Assembly: GCA_016189835.1 (NCBI GenBank)
Contig: JACPRU010000040.1
Span: 1,230 to 65,229 of the forward strand
Source: Deltaproteobacteria bacterium
GTDB lineage: Bacteria; Desulfobacterota; Binatia; JACPRU01
Reading direction: 5' to 3'
DNA length: 64,000 nucleotides
This document shows, one piece after another, positions 1-9,249 of the stretch. Under the pieces are notes generated by a model that worked only from the letters and a program-made list of their open reading frames with translations, made no database searches and had not been told where the DNA came from. How positions within the stretch are numbered: the stretch's first letter is position 1; the number at the start of each line of letters is the position of its first letter. The position numbers were made by a program, and so were the translations under genes.

Positions 1-566
1 GTTCTGCGCAGACTCGCGATCTGCCCCACCAGCTCCGGGGCCACGCGCAGCTCGAGCGTGCTCACCTGGCGCGAGGTCTGGCCGAGCGCCTCGGCGAGCC
101 GGCGGATGAGCATCTCCCGCGGTGCGGCGCCGAGCAGCAGGTCGGCCAGCAGCTCGAACTGATCCGCCGCTTCCGCGGCGGCGGGGCCGGTCGAGCCCGG
201 CGCCGTGCCGCGCGCGGCGAGGGTGCGGCGCAGCGGCGGCCGTCCGGTGATGTCCGAGACCGGCACACCCCAGACCTGGCCCGGCTCGATCTCGACGCCG
301 AGCTCACGCAGCGGCCAGGCCATGGAGCGGAGGCGCGCGTCTCCGTGATGGGCCAGCGCCGAGAGCAGCGCCGGATACGCGACGCGGGTGCGCTCGGCGA
401 TGAGCGTGCGGGCGTCGGCCGCGGGACGGGCGAGCTTGAACAGCTCGGCGACCAGCGCCTCGCGCTTGCGCCGCAGCAGATCCTTGCCCTTCACCACGCG
501 ATCCAGGCGCCGCCGAGCGCGCAGCAGGTTCATGCGCGTCGGCGCCAGGCCCCTGGCTCCGTTCAC
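1..566 (-). CDS. atpD: V/A-type ATP synthase subunit D (3' end runs off the window edge)
   Basis: Absent from the ORF track because there is no stop in the window. My minus-strand translation from GTG 566..564 reads VNGARGLAPTRMNLLRARRRLDRVVKGKDLLRRKREALVAELFKLA. This is the PTRMNLL...KGxxLLxxKRxAL N-terminus typical of subunit D. GTGA start/stop overlap with atpB and high GC3 in this frame. Track ORF 62..307 is off-frame. Confidence 0.8.
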   Translation of the reverse strand, partial: MNGARGLAPTRMNLLRARRRLDRVVKGKDLLRRKREALVAELFKLARPAADARTLIAERTRVAYPALLSALAHHGDARLRSMAWPLRELGVEIEPGQVWGVPVSDITGRPPLRRTLAARGTAPGSTGPAAAEAADQFELLADLLLGAAPREMLIRRLAEALGQTSRQVSTLELRVAPELVGQIASLRR

Positions 567-1954
567 GGCGGGCTTCCTCCGCCGGCCTGCCGTCGCGCTG
601 CCCAGGTCGCGTCGCTGATGCGCAGCAGATCCTCTCTCGGGACCGTCTCGAGGAGCTTCCAGCCCAGCTCGATGGTCTCGTGGATGGTGCGGCGGTAGGT
701 CCCCTGCCCGAGAAACTCGTTCTCGAAGCGCTCGGCGAACTTGAGTGCCCGCCGGTCGGCGGCGGCGAGCCCCGTCTCGCCGACGATCGTCGCCATCAGC
801 CGCGCCTCGCGACCCTGGGTGTAGAGCGCGTAGAGCTGGTTCGACCACTCGCGGTGCTCGGGCGCGGTCTTCCCCCTGCCGATTCCCGCGCTCATCAACC
901 GGGAAAGGGACGGCAGCACGTCGACCGGCGGGAAGACGCCCCGGCGGTGGAGATCGCGGCTCAGCACCACCTGGCCCTCCGTGATGTAGCCGGTCAGATC
1001 GGGGATCGGGTGGGTGATGTCGTCGTCCGGCATCGTCAGGATCGGCAGCTGCGTCACCGAACCGTCGTGGCCGTGGAGGATGCCGGCGCGCTCGAAGATG
1101 CTGGCCAGGTCCGTGTACATGTACCCGGGATATCCCCGTCGCCCCGGGATCTCCTCGCGGGCGGTGGCGATCTCGCGCAGCGCCTCGCAGTAGTGGGTGA
1201 TGTCGGCGACCACCACGAGCACGTGGATGCCGGCCTCGAAGGCGAGGAACTCGGCCTGCGCCAGGGCGACGCGCGGAGCGAGCAGGCGTTCGATCGTCGG
1301 ATCGCGGGCCTCGTTGAGATAGAGGACGCTGCGCTCCATGGCGCCGCTCTTCTCGAAGCGCTCGAGAAACGTCTGGGTCTCGCGGGCCGTGATCCCGATG
1401 GCCACGAAGACGACCGCGAAGGGCTCTCCGCGCGGCGCGCGCGCGCCTTCGACGATTTGCGCCGCCAGCTCGAGTGCGGGGAGTCCCGGGCCGGAGAAGA
1501 CCGGCAGCTTTTGCCCGCGCACCAGCGTGTTCATGCCGTCGATCGAGGACACGCCGGTCTCGATGAAGTCCGCCGGGCTCACCCGCCGCACCGGATTCAT
1601 CGGCGCACCCCAGATCGGGCGAATCGACTCGCCGACCGGCGCCGGCAGACCGTCGATCGGATGGCCGACGCCGTTGAAGATTCGTCCGAGCAGCTCCCGG
1701 CCGACCGCCACGGTGGCCGCTTCGCCGGTCAGGGTGAGCGTCGCTCGCGCCGGCGGCAGGCCGAGCGTCTCCTCGAGCACCTGGATCACCGTGACCTCTT
1801 CGCCGGCATCGATCACCTGCCCGCGCAGCGCCGGCCGCCCGGGGACGTCGATCGCCACGGTCTCGCCGAGGGCCGCGCGGTGGGTGGCACCGAGATAGAG
1901 GAGGGGGCCCGCCGCCGCGCGAGCGCCGCGATAGGAGCGGGAGACGAGGCTCAT
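563..1954 (-). CDS. atpB: V/A-type ATP synthase subunit B (non-catalytic)
   Basis: Track ORF 563..2383 trimmed to the ATG at 1954 (MSLVSRSYRG...), which overlaps the atpA stop (ATGA). 463 aa. Contains SSIDGMNTLVRGQKLPVFSGPGLP and ITEGQVVLSRDLHRRGVFPPVDVLPSLSRL, typical of the B subunit. Confidence 0.9.
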   Translation of the reverse strand: MSLVSRSYRGARAAAGPLLYLGATHRAALGETVAIDVPGRPALRGQVIDAGEEVTVIQVLEETLGLPPARATLTLTGEAATVAVGRELLGRIFNGVGHPIDGLPAPVGESIRPIWGAPMNPVRRVSPADFIETGVSSIDGMNTLVRGQKLPVFSGPGLPALELAAQIVEGARAPRGEPFAVVFVAIGITARETQTFLERFEKSGAMERSVLYLNEARDPTIERLLAPRVALAQAEFLAFEAGIHVLVVVADITHYCEALREIATAREEIPGRRGYPGYMYTDLASIFERAGILHGHDGSVTQLPILTMPDDDITHPIPDLTGYITEGQVVLSRDLHRRGVFPPVDVLPSLSRLMSAGIGRGKTAPEHREWSNQLYALYTQGREARLMATIVGETGLAAADRRALKFAERFENEFLGQGTYRRTIHETIELGWKLLETVPREDLLRISDATWAARRQAGGGSPP

Positions 1955-3810
1955 GCGGCCGCCTTTCTTCTGCCGAGGTCGTCGATCGCTTGCCGAGCCG
2001 CGGCCGCCAGCTCCTCCATGCGGTCGGCCGCCGCGCCGCGCAGCGCCATCAGAGCGTGACGCGCGGCAGCGACGTCGAGCTCCTGGAACGGCACTCCCCG
2101 GTCGAGGGCGTCGAGCCCCGCCCGGTAGAGAGCCTGAGCCAGCGAGGCGAGCCGATGGGTCTTCTCGATCGGAGAGCGCTCGTCGTTGGGATCGTAGGCG
2201 CTCTGGCCGAGCACCACCTCGCGGGTGACGCGAGCCGCTTCGAGGACCAGCCGGTCGCGGTCCTGCAGCGCCTCGGGTCCGATGAGCGCGGCGATGTCGC
2301 GCAGCTCCCGGTCGCGCTGCAGGAGCACGAGCGTGTCTCGACGCAGCTCTCCCCAATCCTTGCCGACGTTGCCCGTGAACCACGCCGCGGTCTGCTCGGC
2401 GGCCAGCGTGTAGCTCGTCTCCCAGTCGACCGCGGGAAATTGCCGCTGGTGGGCGAGCGCGGGATCGAGCGCCCAGAGCGCCGAGGCGACGCGCAGCGCC
2501 GCCTGCGTGACCGGCTCGGAGAAGTCGCCGCCCGGCGGCGAGATCGCGGCGACGAAGGTCACCGCCCCGGTGCGCGGCGGCCGTCCCGCGACTTCCGCGC
2601 GCCCCGCCCGTTCGAAGAGCTTGCCGAGGCGGTTGCCGAGATAGGTCGGGTAGCCTTCCTCGCCGGGCATTTCCTGGAGCCGCGCTCCGATCTCGCGCAG
2701 GGCCTCCGCCCAGCGCGACAGGCTGTCGGCCATCACCGCCACGCGATAGCCCATGTCGCGGTAGTACTCGGCGATGGCGATGCCGAGGAACACCGAGGTC
2801 TCGCGCGCCGCCACCGGCATGTTGGAGGTGTTGACGACCAGCACGGTGCGGTCGATGACCGGCCGGCCAGTCGCCGGATCGGTGAGGCGCGGAAACTCGT
2901 TCAGCACCTCGGCCATCTCGTTTCCGCGCTCGCCGCAGCCGACGTACACGACGATGTCGGCGGCCGCGAACTTCGCCAGCGACTGCTCGATCACCGTCTT
3001 GCCCGTGCCGAAGCCGCCGGGCACGACCACCGCCCCGCCTTCGGCGACCGGAAAGAGCAGATCGAAGATCCGCTGGCCGGTGAGAAACGGCTGGTGCGAG
3101 CGAAGCCGCCGCGCCACCGGACGAACGCTGCGCACCGGCCAGCGGTGCGCGAGCCGCAGCGGAGTACCGTCTGCGAGCTCGCCGAAGGGCTCGTCGATCG
3201 TGAACGGGCCCGAGCGGACCCGGGCGACGGCCCCCCCCTGGTCCGGCGGAACCATGATGCGATGGACGATGCCCGGGCGCTCCTCGACGGTGCCGAGCAC
3301 GTCGCCCGCCGACACTCGGTCGCCCGGGCGGACCACGGCCTCGAACTTCCAGCGGCGGCTCGCGTCGAGCGTCCTGGCGGTGGCACCGGGTTGGATGAAG
3401 TCCCCGGTCTCCTCCGCGATCCGCCGGAGCGGCCGGCCCACGCCATCGAGAGTCGCGCCGAGCAGCCCCGGACCGAGCTCGATCGTCAGGGCGCTGCCGG
3501 TGAGAGAAACCGCCTCGCCGACCCTCAGGCCCGTGGTGTCCTCGTAGACCTGAATCGTCGCCGTGTCGCCGGCGATGCGGATGACCTCGCCGAGGAGCTG
3601 CCTTTCCCCGACGCGAACCAGCTCGTAGAGCGAGGCCTCGGGCATCGGCCCCGCCTCGGCGAGGGCGCCCGAGACGCGCGTGATGTGCGCGCGCGATGAG
3701 GCTGCCGTCGCGCCCGGCGCTGCGGAGAGGCGCGGCGTCTCGTCCTCGCCGCGGCGGATCTCCGGCGCTGCGCTGCCGCCCGTCGTCGCGCTCGATCCCC
3801 GATCCGTCAT
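1951..3810 (-). CDS. atpA: V/A-type ATP synthase catalytic subunit A
   Basis: Walker A VPGGFGTGKTV, CGERGNEM, and colinear A-subunit motifs (TIQVYEDTTGL, SRWAEALREI). The ATG at 3810 overlaps the atpF stop. A roughly 40-aa low-complexity N-terminal extension makes the exact start uncertain. Confidence 0.9.
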   Translation of the reverse strand: MTDRGSSATTGGSAAPEIRRGEDETPRLSAAPGATAASSRAHITRVSGALAEAGPMPEASLYELVRVGERQLLGEVIRIAGDTATIQVYEDTTGLRVGEAVSLTGSALTIELGPGLLGATLDGVGRPLRRIAEETGDFIQPGATARTLDASRRWKFEAVVRPGDRVSAGDVLGTVEERPGIVHRIMVPPDQGGAVARVRSGPFTIDEPFGELADGTPLRLAHRWPVRSVRPVARRLRSHQPFLTGQRIFDLLFPVAEGGAVVVPGGFGTGKTVIEQSLAKFAAADIVVYVGCGERGNEMAEVLNEFPRLTDPATGRPVIDRTVLVVNTSNMPVAARETSVFLGIAIAEYYRDMGYRVAVMADSLSRWAEALREIGARLQEMPGEEGYPTYLGNRLGKLFERAGRAEVAGRPPRTGAVTFVAAISPPGGDFSEPVTQAALRVASALWALDPALAHQRQFPAVDWETSYTLAAEQTAAWFTGNVGKDWGELRRDTLVLLQRDRELRDIAALIGPEALQDRDRLVLEAARVTREVVLGQSAYDPNDERSPIEKTHRLASLAQALYRAGLDALDRGVPFQELDVAAARHALMALRGAAADRMEELAAAARQAIDDLGRRKAAA

Positions 3811-4136
3811 CTGAGCCTCACGCTGTAGCCGATGGCCTGGCGCAGGATCTCCACGATGTAGCTCTCGGCGGCCACCGCCGATTCGGCCCACGCCGGCCCG
3901 GCGAAGGGAACGATCATCGGCAACGGCCGCCGTCCGATCGCGCGGCGGGCCTCTTCCGGCAGTCCCTCGTAGAAGCGATCCTCGGTCAGGATCACGCCGA
4001 TCTCGGGCTGAGCGGCGAGATCGAGGAGCCTGGCCGCTCCCTCCTCTCGCGTGCCGGCTTCGACGGTGGGGAGCCCGGCGAGCGCGAAGCCGCTCGCCAC
4101 CTCGGGCCTGCAGATCACCCGGCCGGCGTACTTCAT
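3807..4136 (-). CDS. atpF: V/A-type ATP synthase subunit F
   Basis: 109 aa (MKYAGRVICRPEVASGFALAGL...IGVILTEDRFYEGLPEE...). Size, sequence style and position between C and A fit subunit F. 4-nt overlaps on both sides. Confidence 0.8.
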   Translation of the reverse strand: MKYAGRVICRPEVASGFALAGLPTVEAGTREEGAARLLDLAAQPEIGVILTEDRFYEGLPEEARRAIGRRPLPMIVPFAGPAWAESAVAAESYIVEILRQAIGYSVRLR

Positions 4137-5134
4137 GCGGTCACCAGCCCGAGCGCGAGGCCGGTCGCCGGCGCGCCGAGAGCGATTCCCCAGATGATGC
4201 GGCGGAGATCGACCGTCTCGGCGCGCAAGCGCAGCGTGTAGAGAAGGATCGGCGCGGGGCCGACCGGATCGCGGAGCATGGCGCGGGCCTGCTCGCGGAT
4301 CTGCGCGGTGAGGATCGCGTTCTCGAGCGTGGAGAGCCCGGCGCTGCGAAAGGCCTCGGCGAAGGCGGTGCGCACGAACGCCGCGCAGAGAAGCGCCGCC
4401 GCCGGGGACTTGCCGGCGGCGATCGTCTCGAATCGCTTGCGATCGAGCCGCCGGCCGCCGGAGAGGAAACACTCGCCGGGGGAGCCATCGCCACCCTGGG
4501 CGGCCAGCAGGAGCGCCGACCAGGCGTTCTCGAGGTCGATGACCTCCTGCACGTATTCGCGGAGCGCCCTCCCGGCCTTGCCGGCACCCGCCAGAGAGCG
4601 GCGGGCGAACGTCCGGTTCAGGGAGGACTCCAGACGGAACGGATCGGGGTGCTGCTGGCTCGCTTCCTCGAGCAGCGCCGAGCCGTAGGGATTCTCCCAG
4701 GCGACGAGCAGGGCTGCCACGGCCGACGGCGCGGGCGCGCCGGCGAGCTCCTCGAGCAGGCGTTCGGAGAGGCTCGGGGTCGGGATGCATCCGGCGAGCC
4801 GCGCCTGCGGGGCGGCTCCCTGGAGTGCTCCGCGAAGGATCGCACGCAGGCTGCGGCGGTCCTCGTCTTCGAAGACGACCGCCAGCGTCTCCGCTCGCCG
4901 CCCGCACCAGCGAGCGAGAGTGCGCATCCGCGCCGCCGCGCTACGCCGCACGGCGAGGTCGAGAGCCGCCGGCGAGTCGCCGGCCCCCGCCGTGTCGAAG
5001 CCATCCCGCTCTAGGGCGGCCGCCAGCGCCGGCAGATCCGCCGCCTGCGCCAGCGGCTCCAGCCGCGATCGCCCGAGGAGGTGAGTGCCGAGGCCGCGGG
5101 CGCGCGCGTCGACGTCGTCCCAGGTCGGCTTCAC
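4133..5134 (-). CDS. atpC: V/A-type ATP synthase subunit C (d-type central stalk socket)
   Basis: 333-aa helical protein in the canonical position between E and F. The call rests mainly on size, operon position and translational coupling. Confidence 0.7.
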   Translation of the reverse strand: MKPTWDDVDARARGLGTHLLGRSRLEPLAQAADLPALAAALERDGFDTAGAGDSPAALDLAVRRSAAARMRTLARWCGRRAETLAVVFEDEDRRSLRAILRGALQGAAPQARLAGCIPTPSLSERLLEELAGAPAPSAVAALLVAWENPYGSALLEEASQQHPDPFRLESSLNRTFARRSLAGAGKAGRALREYVQEVIDLENAWSALLLAAQGGDGSPGECFLSGGRRLDRKRFETIAAGKSPAAALLCAAFVRTAFAEAFRSAGLSTLENAILTAQIREQARAMLRDPVGPAPILLYTLRLRAETVDLRRIIWGIALGAPATGLALGLVTA

Positions 5135-5715
5135 GGCTCCACCCCGGATCGCGCCAGAACCTCGATGGCGAGCCTCCCTCGCAGCCGCTCGAGCCGCCCG
5201 GTGAGGGTGTTGTCGACGACCACCGCACCCTCCGCTGCGACGACCGCGATGCCCGGCTCGGCCCCGTCGCGGCTATCGACCGAGAGGTGCTCTCGACCCG
5301 CGACCAGCTCGCGCACGCGTGACGCGAGGGCGGCGGGACACCGCACCACGGCCGCCGCGCCGCCGAGGTAGCTCAGCGCCTCGGCCAGGTGCGAGCCGAG
5401 CACCGCGTCGTAGGCTTCGCTGCGCACCGCGTCGGCGAGGCGCTCCCGCGCGGCCGCGAAGACCCGTTCGAGCATTCGCTGGCGCGCGGCGAGCACCTCG
5501 CCGTGAACCCGGTGGCGCGCTTCGGCCAGGGCCAGCTCGGTTTCCGCCTCGAGATCGGCCTCGAGGGAGGCGAGGAACTCGGCGCGGCGGCGGCGGATCC
5601 GCTCCACGCCGTCGCCGGCGATGCGCGAGGCCTCGGCTCGGGCCGCTGCCAGCTCGGCGTCGGCTTTCGAGCGCGCGTCGCGTTCGAGCTCGGCGAGAAG
5701 ATCGTCGAGGGCCAC
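5131..5715 (-). CDS. atpE: V/A-type ATP synthase subunit E (peripheral stalk)
   Basis: 194 aa with an N-terminal charged coiled coil (LLAELERDARSKADAELAAARAEASRI...) and a C-terminal globular part. Position between K and C. Confidence 0.7.
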   Translation of the reverse strand: MALDDLLAELERDARSKADAELAAARAEASRIAGDGVERIRRRRAEFLASLEADLEAETELALAEARHRVHGEVLAARQRMLERVFAAARERLADAVRSEAYDAVLGSHLAEALSYLGGAAAVVRCPAALASRVRELVAGREHLSVDSRDGAEPGIAVVAAEGAVVVDNTLTGRLERLRGRLAIEVLARSGVEP

Positions 5716-5719
5716 GATT

Positions 5720-5941
5720 TCAGCCGCCCGCGCGGAGCATGACCAGGACGGCGATGACGAAGCCGAGAATCACCATGGTCTCCGGGATCGCCAGCATGAT
5801 GATGGCCGTGGTGGTCAGCTCCGGCTTCTCGGTGAGGCTCGCCGTGGCGGCCGGGCCGATGCGCGACTGCGCCCATGCCGTCGCCAGGGCCGGTAAACCC
5901 ACCGCCAGCGCGGCGCTCAACGTGATCAGGCCGAGCTCCAT
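5720..5941 (-). CDS. atpK: V/A-type ATP synthase proteolipid subunit K (c/L)
   Basis: 73 aa, two TM helices, with the conserved carboxylate in helix 2 (AIPETMVILGF). Confidence 0.8.
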   Translation of the reverse strand: MELGLITLSAALAVGLPALATAWAQSRIGPAATASLTEKPELTTTAIIMLAIPETMVILGFVIAVLVMLRAGG

Positions 5942-5965
5942 GTGCTGTTCTCCTCTCTTCGGGGG

Positions 5966-7852
5966 CTAGCCGGCGTGATTCACGCCGGGTTTCCAATGCG
6001 CGAACGGACGATACCGGGCTCCTCCGGGGCTGTAGAACTTGCCGAAGAACTCCACGTAGTGCAGGCGCAACGCGTGGATCGTCGGGCTGAACAGCCCCAG
6101 GGCGAAATTCACCAGGTGAAAGAGGAGCGCGAACACGACACCGACGACGGCGCTGCCGATCGCGCCGGTCATCCGGTTGGCGACCACGGCGAGCATCACC
6201 GACGCGGTGCCGAGCGCCATGATGCGAGCGTAGGAGAGGATGTTTCCGAGCATCGACAGGAACTCGACCGCGGCGATCACTCCTTCGACGATGACCAGCA
6301 GCGGAAACGCCACCAGCAGCGCGATCACGGTCGGGGTGAAGAACGCCGCCGGCAGTACCTGGAAGGCGGCGAGCAGCGCCACGATGATGAGCACGATCAT
6401 CGCCGCCGCCAGACCTCGCCCCGCCGCCTGACGAGGGTGATGTCTCCAGGTGTTGACGACGCCGAGGCCGAGACCGAGCAGCACGTGGACGACGCCGATC
6501 GACACGGCCAGCAGCAGAAAGGGGATCACCGCCTCCTCGCGGTCGAACAGCAGAGCGGGCATGCCGAGCCGGCGGCGTCCGAGGTCGCCGAACAACTCTC
6601 CGTAGCCGAATCCGAAGAGAATCGAGAAGGCCGCGCACGGCCCGCTGATCTCCGCGACGTCGCGCGGAGCGGTCCCGGGCTCCGAGCGTGCATGCAGGAC
6701 GAGCCCGAGGATCGCCAGAATCGAGCCGTAGCCGACGTCCCCGAGAATCAATCCGAAGAACATCGGTAGGAACACGCCCACGAGCGGCGTGGGATCGATG
6801 CTGCCGTAGCGGGGCAGCGGCATGAGCCGGATCACCGCTTCGAACGGCCGGAATAGCCGCGGATTGGACAGCACCACCGGCGCCTCTCCGGCGGCCCAGT
6901 CTTCGGCGGACAGCTCCTGCATCACCACCGTGTCTCCGCCTTCGCTCCGCAGGCGCTCCTCGAGGCGTCCGCGGCTTTCCGCCGGAAGCCAGCCCTCGAT
7001 CAACCAGGCCCGGTCGGTGACGCTCACCAGCGCGGTCGCCTCGAGGTGATCGAGGCGATCGCGAATCGCCGCGCGGGCGCGCTCGAGCTCCGCCGCGTGC
7101 GTGTGAGCCAGGTTCGCGAGATCGCTGCGCGCCGCGTCGTGCTCCCGCGGAAGCACCTCGAGCCGCTCGATCATGCGCGGCAGCGCCTCGGCGAGCGACC
7201 CGCCGCCGTAGGAGGCGGGCACGGGGATCTCCTGCACGCGGGCCTCGGAGAGCACGCGCTCGACCCGCGGCGCGGAGTCGGCGGTGACGATGAGCAGAAG
7301 TGCCAGCTCACCGGTCGGGAGCGCTCGGGCGCGCAGATCGAACGCGGCGCCGATGGCGGTTTCGAGGCTCGCGCGCAGGCGCCCGAGCGAGGCCGCTTCC
7401 CGGGTGCGCAGCACGAGGTGATACGCGACGGCGTTCGGCCAGCGCGCCTGGCTCTGCAACAGCGCCTGGAAGAGCGCGAGGTACTGGCGGTACTTCTCGA
7501 TCAGCGCCCGTTCCTCCTCCAGCTCGGTCAAGCGTCTGCGCAGGCGATCGACGGCGCGGCGGACGCGGCGTGCGCGCTTCATCCAGCGCGCGAAGTCTCC
7601 CGCCGCGGGATGTACGACCGGCGCAGCCGGGCGGCGGCCGAAGGCGGCGAGGACCGACTCCACGTCCTCCAACGTCCCGCGCAGCTGGCGGACCTGCCGC
7701 TTTTGCCGCGCGTCGAGCTCGAGCCGGGTCACGTGCTCGCGCGCCGGCGGGGGCGCGAGGTGCAGAACCCCGAGATCCTGCAGCACCGCCAGGACCTCGG
7801 AGAGCTTCTCCTGCGGTCCGAGGATGCGGATCTTCGACATGGCGAGGATCAT
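5966..7852 (-). CDS. atpI: V/A-type ATP synthase subunit I (a-type stator)
   Basis: 628 aa from MILAMSKIRILGPQEKL. The ATG at 7852 overlaps the upstream stop. Soluble N-terminal half plus a multi-TM C-terminal half carrying the conserved Arg region GNILSYARIMALG. An alternative ATG lies at 7840. Confidence 0.8.
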   Translation of the reverse strand: MILAMSKIRILGPQEKLSEVLAVLQDLGVLHLAPPPAREHVTRLELDARQKRQVRQLRGTLEDVESVLAAFGRRPAAPVVHPAAGDFARWMKRARRVRRAVDRLRRRLTELEEERALIEKYRQYLALFQALLQSQARWPNAVAYHLVLRTREAASLGRLRASLETAIGAAFDLRARALPTGELALLLIVTADSAPRVERVLSEARVQEIPVPASYGGGSLAEALPRMIERLEVLPREHDAARSDLANLAHTHAAELERARAAIRDRLDHLEATALVSVTDRAWLIEGWLPAESRGRLEERLRSEGGDTVVMQELSAEDWAAGEAPVVLSNPRLFRPFEAVIRLMPLPRYGSIDPTPLVGVFLPMFFGLILGDVGYGSILAILGLVLHARSEPGTAPRDVAEISGPCAAFSILFGFGYGELFGDLGRRRLGMPALLFDREEAVIPFLLLAVSIGVVHVLLGLGLGVVNTWRHHPRQAAGRGLAAAMIVLIIVALLAAFQVLPAAFFTPTVIALLVAFPLLVIVEGVIAAVEFLSMLGNILSYARIMALGTASVMLAVVANRMTGAIGSAVVGVVFALLFHLVNFALGLFSPTIHALRLHYVEFFGKFYSPGGARYRPFAHWKPGVNHAG

Positions 7853-8220
7853 GCTTGGTCCTCGACCACCCGCCGCACGACGTAGGCTGCGAGCTCGGCG
7901 ATGCGAGCCGCGCCGACCGCGTCGCAAGCCGCCACCCGCGCACGGCCGAGCGAGTCGATCGAATCGATCTCCTTCGCCCGCCTCCGCTCCATCTCGCCGC
8001 GCGGCGCTCGGGCCCCGTCCACGAGCTCGCGCTCGGTCCGTTCCTCGTCGGCCTGGACCGCGGACTGCGCGGTCTCGATGATGCGCTTTGCCTCGCTGCT
8101 GGCTTCGGCGAGCATCTTGGCGAGGCGGGCCTCGGTCTCGATCAGTCGCTCGAGGTCGCGCTCGGATGCACCTTCGCTCGGCTCTGACTTGGATGCGCCC
8201 ACCGGTTCACACGGCCGCAA
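7849..8220 (-). CDS. V/A-type ATP synthase small coiled-coil subunit (G/H-type), first gene of operon
   Basis: About 120-aa charged helical protein (ERLIETEARLAKMLAEASSEAKRIIETAQ...) in the position of Thermus atpG. The track start TTG 8220 lies inside the putative sigma-54 -12 element, so GTG 8202 is an alternative start. Confidence 0.55.
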   Translation of the reverse strand: MRPCEPVGASKSEPSEGASERDLERLIETEARLAKMLAEASSEAKRIIETAQSAVQADEERTERELVDGARAPRGEMERRRAKEIDSIDSLGRARVAACDAVGAARIAELAAYVVRRVVEDQA

Positions 8221-8231
8221 GACTCGTGCCA
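8217..8231 (-). promoter_or_regulatory. Candidate sigma-54 promoter core (-24/-12)
   Basis: The minus strand reads TGGCACGAGTCTTGC, which is TGGCAC-N5-TTGC, the consensus -24 GG / -12 GC core. It abuts the first ORF of the ATPase operon. Confidence 0.4.
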
Positions 8232-8354
8232 GTACCGTAGGTTACGAATCCCCTGTCGTCATCGAGCTCGCACGGGCGCGGTTCTCAGCGTTGGGAATGG
8301 GGCGGGCCAAGACTGCAAGATCTGAGAAGACCGTCTACGTCGCAGCGGGGCTGT

Positions 8355-9209
8355 CTACGGATAGCCGGCGCCGGGCACGTCGACGCGCGCGGTCTCGATC
8401 CGGCCTTTGGACTTGCCCTGCGAGAGCTCCTCGATCGTGGTCTCGGCGGTCAGCAGGAAGAGCGTCTTGCGGTCCTCGCCGCCGAGCATGCAGGCGACCG
8501 CGCGCCGTCCGGGGACCGCGACGCGCGCGGCGATGTCGCCGCCCTCCCAGACGCGGACGAACTCGTCCTGGCCGAAGCACGACGCCCACACCGCGCCTTC
8601 GGCGTCGAGGCAGATGCCGTCGGGCGTGCGGTCGCCGAGATGGGCGAAGAAGCGCCGGCCGGAGAGCGAGCCGTCGGACTTCAGGTTGAAGGCGGTCAGC
8701 AGGTTGCCGAACGACTCGGCGACGATCAGGGTCTTGCGGTCGGGCGTGATCACCGCGCCGTTCGGGAACGCGATGTCTTCCGCGACGACTCGCGCTCTTC
8801 CGTCGGGATCGACGCATACCAGGTTCGAGGGCCGCGGCTCCTCTCCCGCGAAGAGGTCGAAGCCGAAGTTGCCGACGAACGCGCGGCCGTCGGGATCGAC
8901 GACCATGTCGTTGGCGTCGCCGGCCATGAGCGAGCTCATGTCGGCGAAGGTCTCGAGCCGGCCGTCTTCCAGCCGCAGAAGTCGGCGGTCGCGCATCGAC
9001 ACGATGAGCGCTCGGCCGCGGGCGTCGAAGCCGATGCCGGAGGGCCGCGCCGGCACGGAGACCACCTTCTCGAGGCGGCCCTGGGCGTCGGCGGTCATCA
9101 CCCGCTCGCCGTGGATGTCCGAGAACCAGAGCTTCCCGCCGTGCCAGCGCGGGCCCTCCGGAAAGATGATGCCTTCGGCGGTGAGAACGGTTGGCGTGTA
9201 GGTCTTCAT
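8355..9209 (-). CDS. SMP-30/gluconolactonase/LRE-like beta-propeller protein
   Basis: 284 aa with propeller-repeat motifs: FPEGPRWH, FPNGAVITPDRKTL, PDGICLDAEGAVWAS. Confidence 0.75.
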   Translation of the reverse strand: MKTYTPTVLTAEGIIFPEGPRWHGGKLWFSDIHGERVMTADAQGRLEKVVSVPARPSGIGFDARGRALIVSMRDRRLLRLEDGRLETFADMSSLMAGDANDMVVDPDGRAFVGNFGFDLFAGEEPRPSNLVCVDPDGRARVVAEDIAFPNGAVITPDRKTLIVAESFGNLLTAFNLKSDGSLSGRRFFAHLGDRTPDGICLDAEGAVWASCFGQDEFVRVWEGGDIAARVAVPGRRAVACMLGGEDRKTLFLLTAETTIEELSQGKSKGRIETARVDVPGAGYP

Positions 9210-9249
9210 CGTGGTCCTCCCTCGCCCCTGGTCGAGCGGCCCCTGACTA

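Noticed and set aside
62-307. 81-aa minus-strand ORF at the window start
   Set aside because: It is off-frame within the atpD coding region. The frame starting at GTG 566 gives a genuine subunit D sequence.
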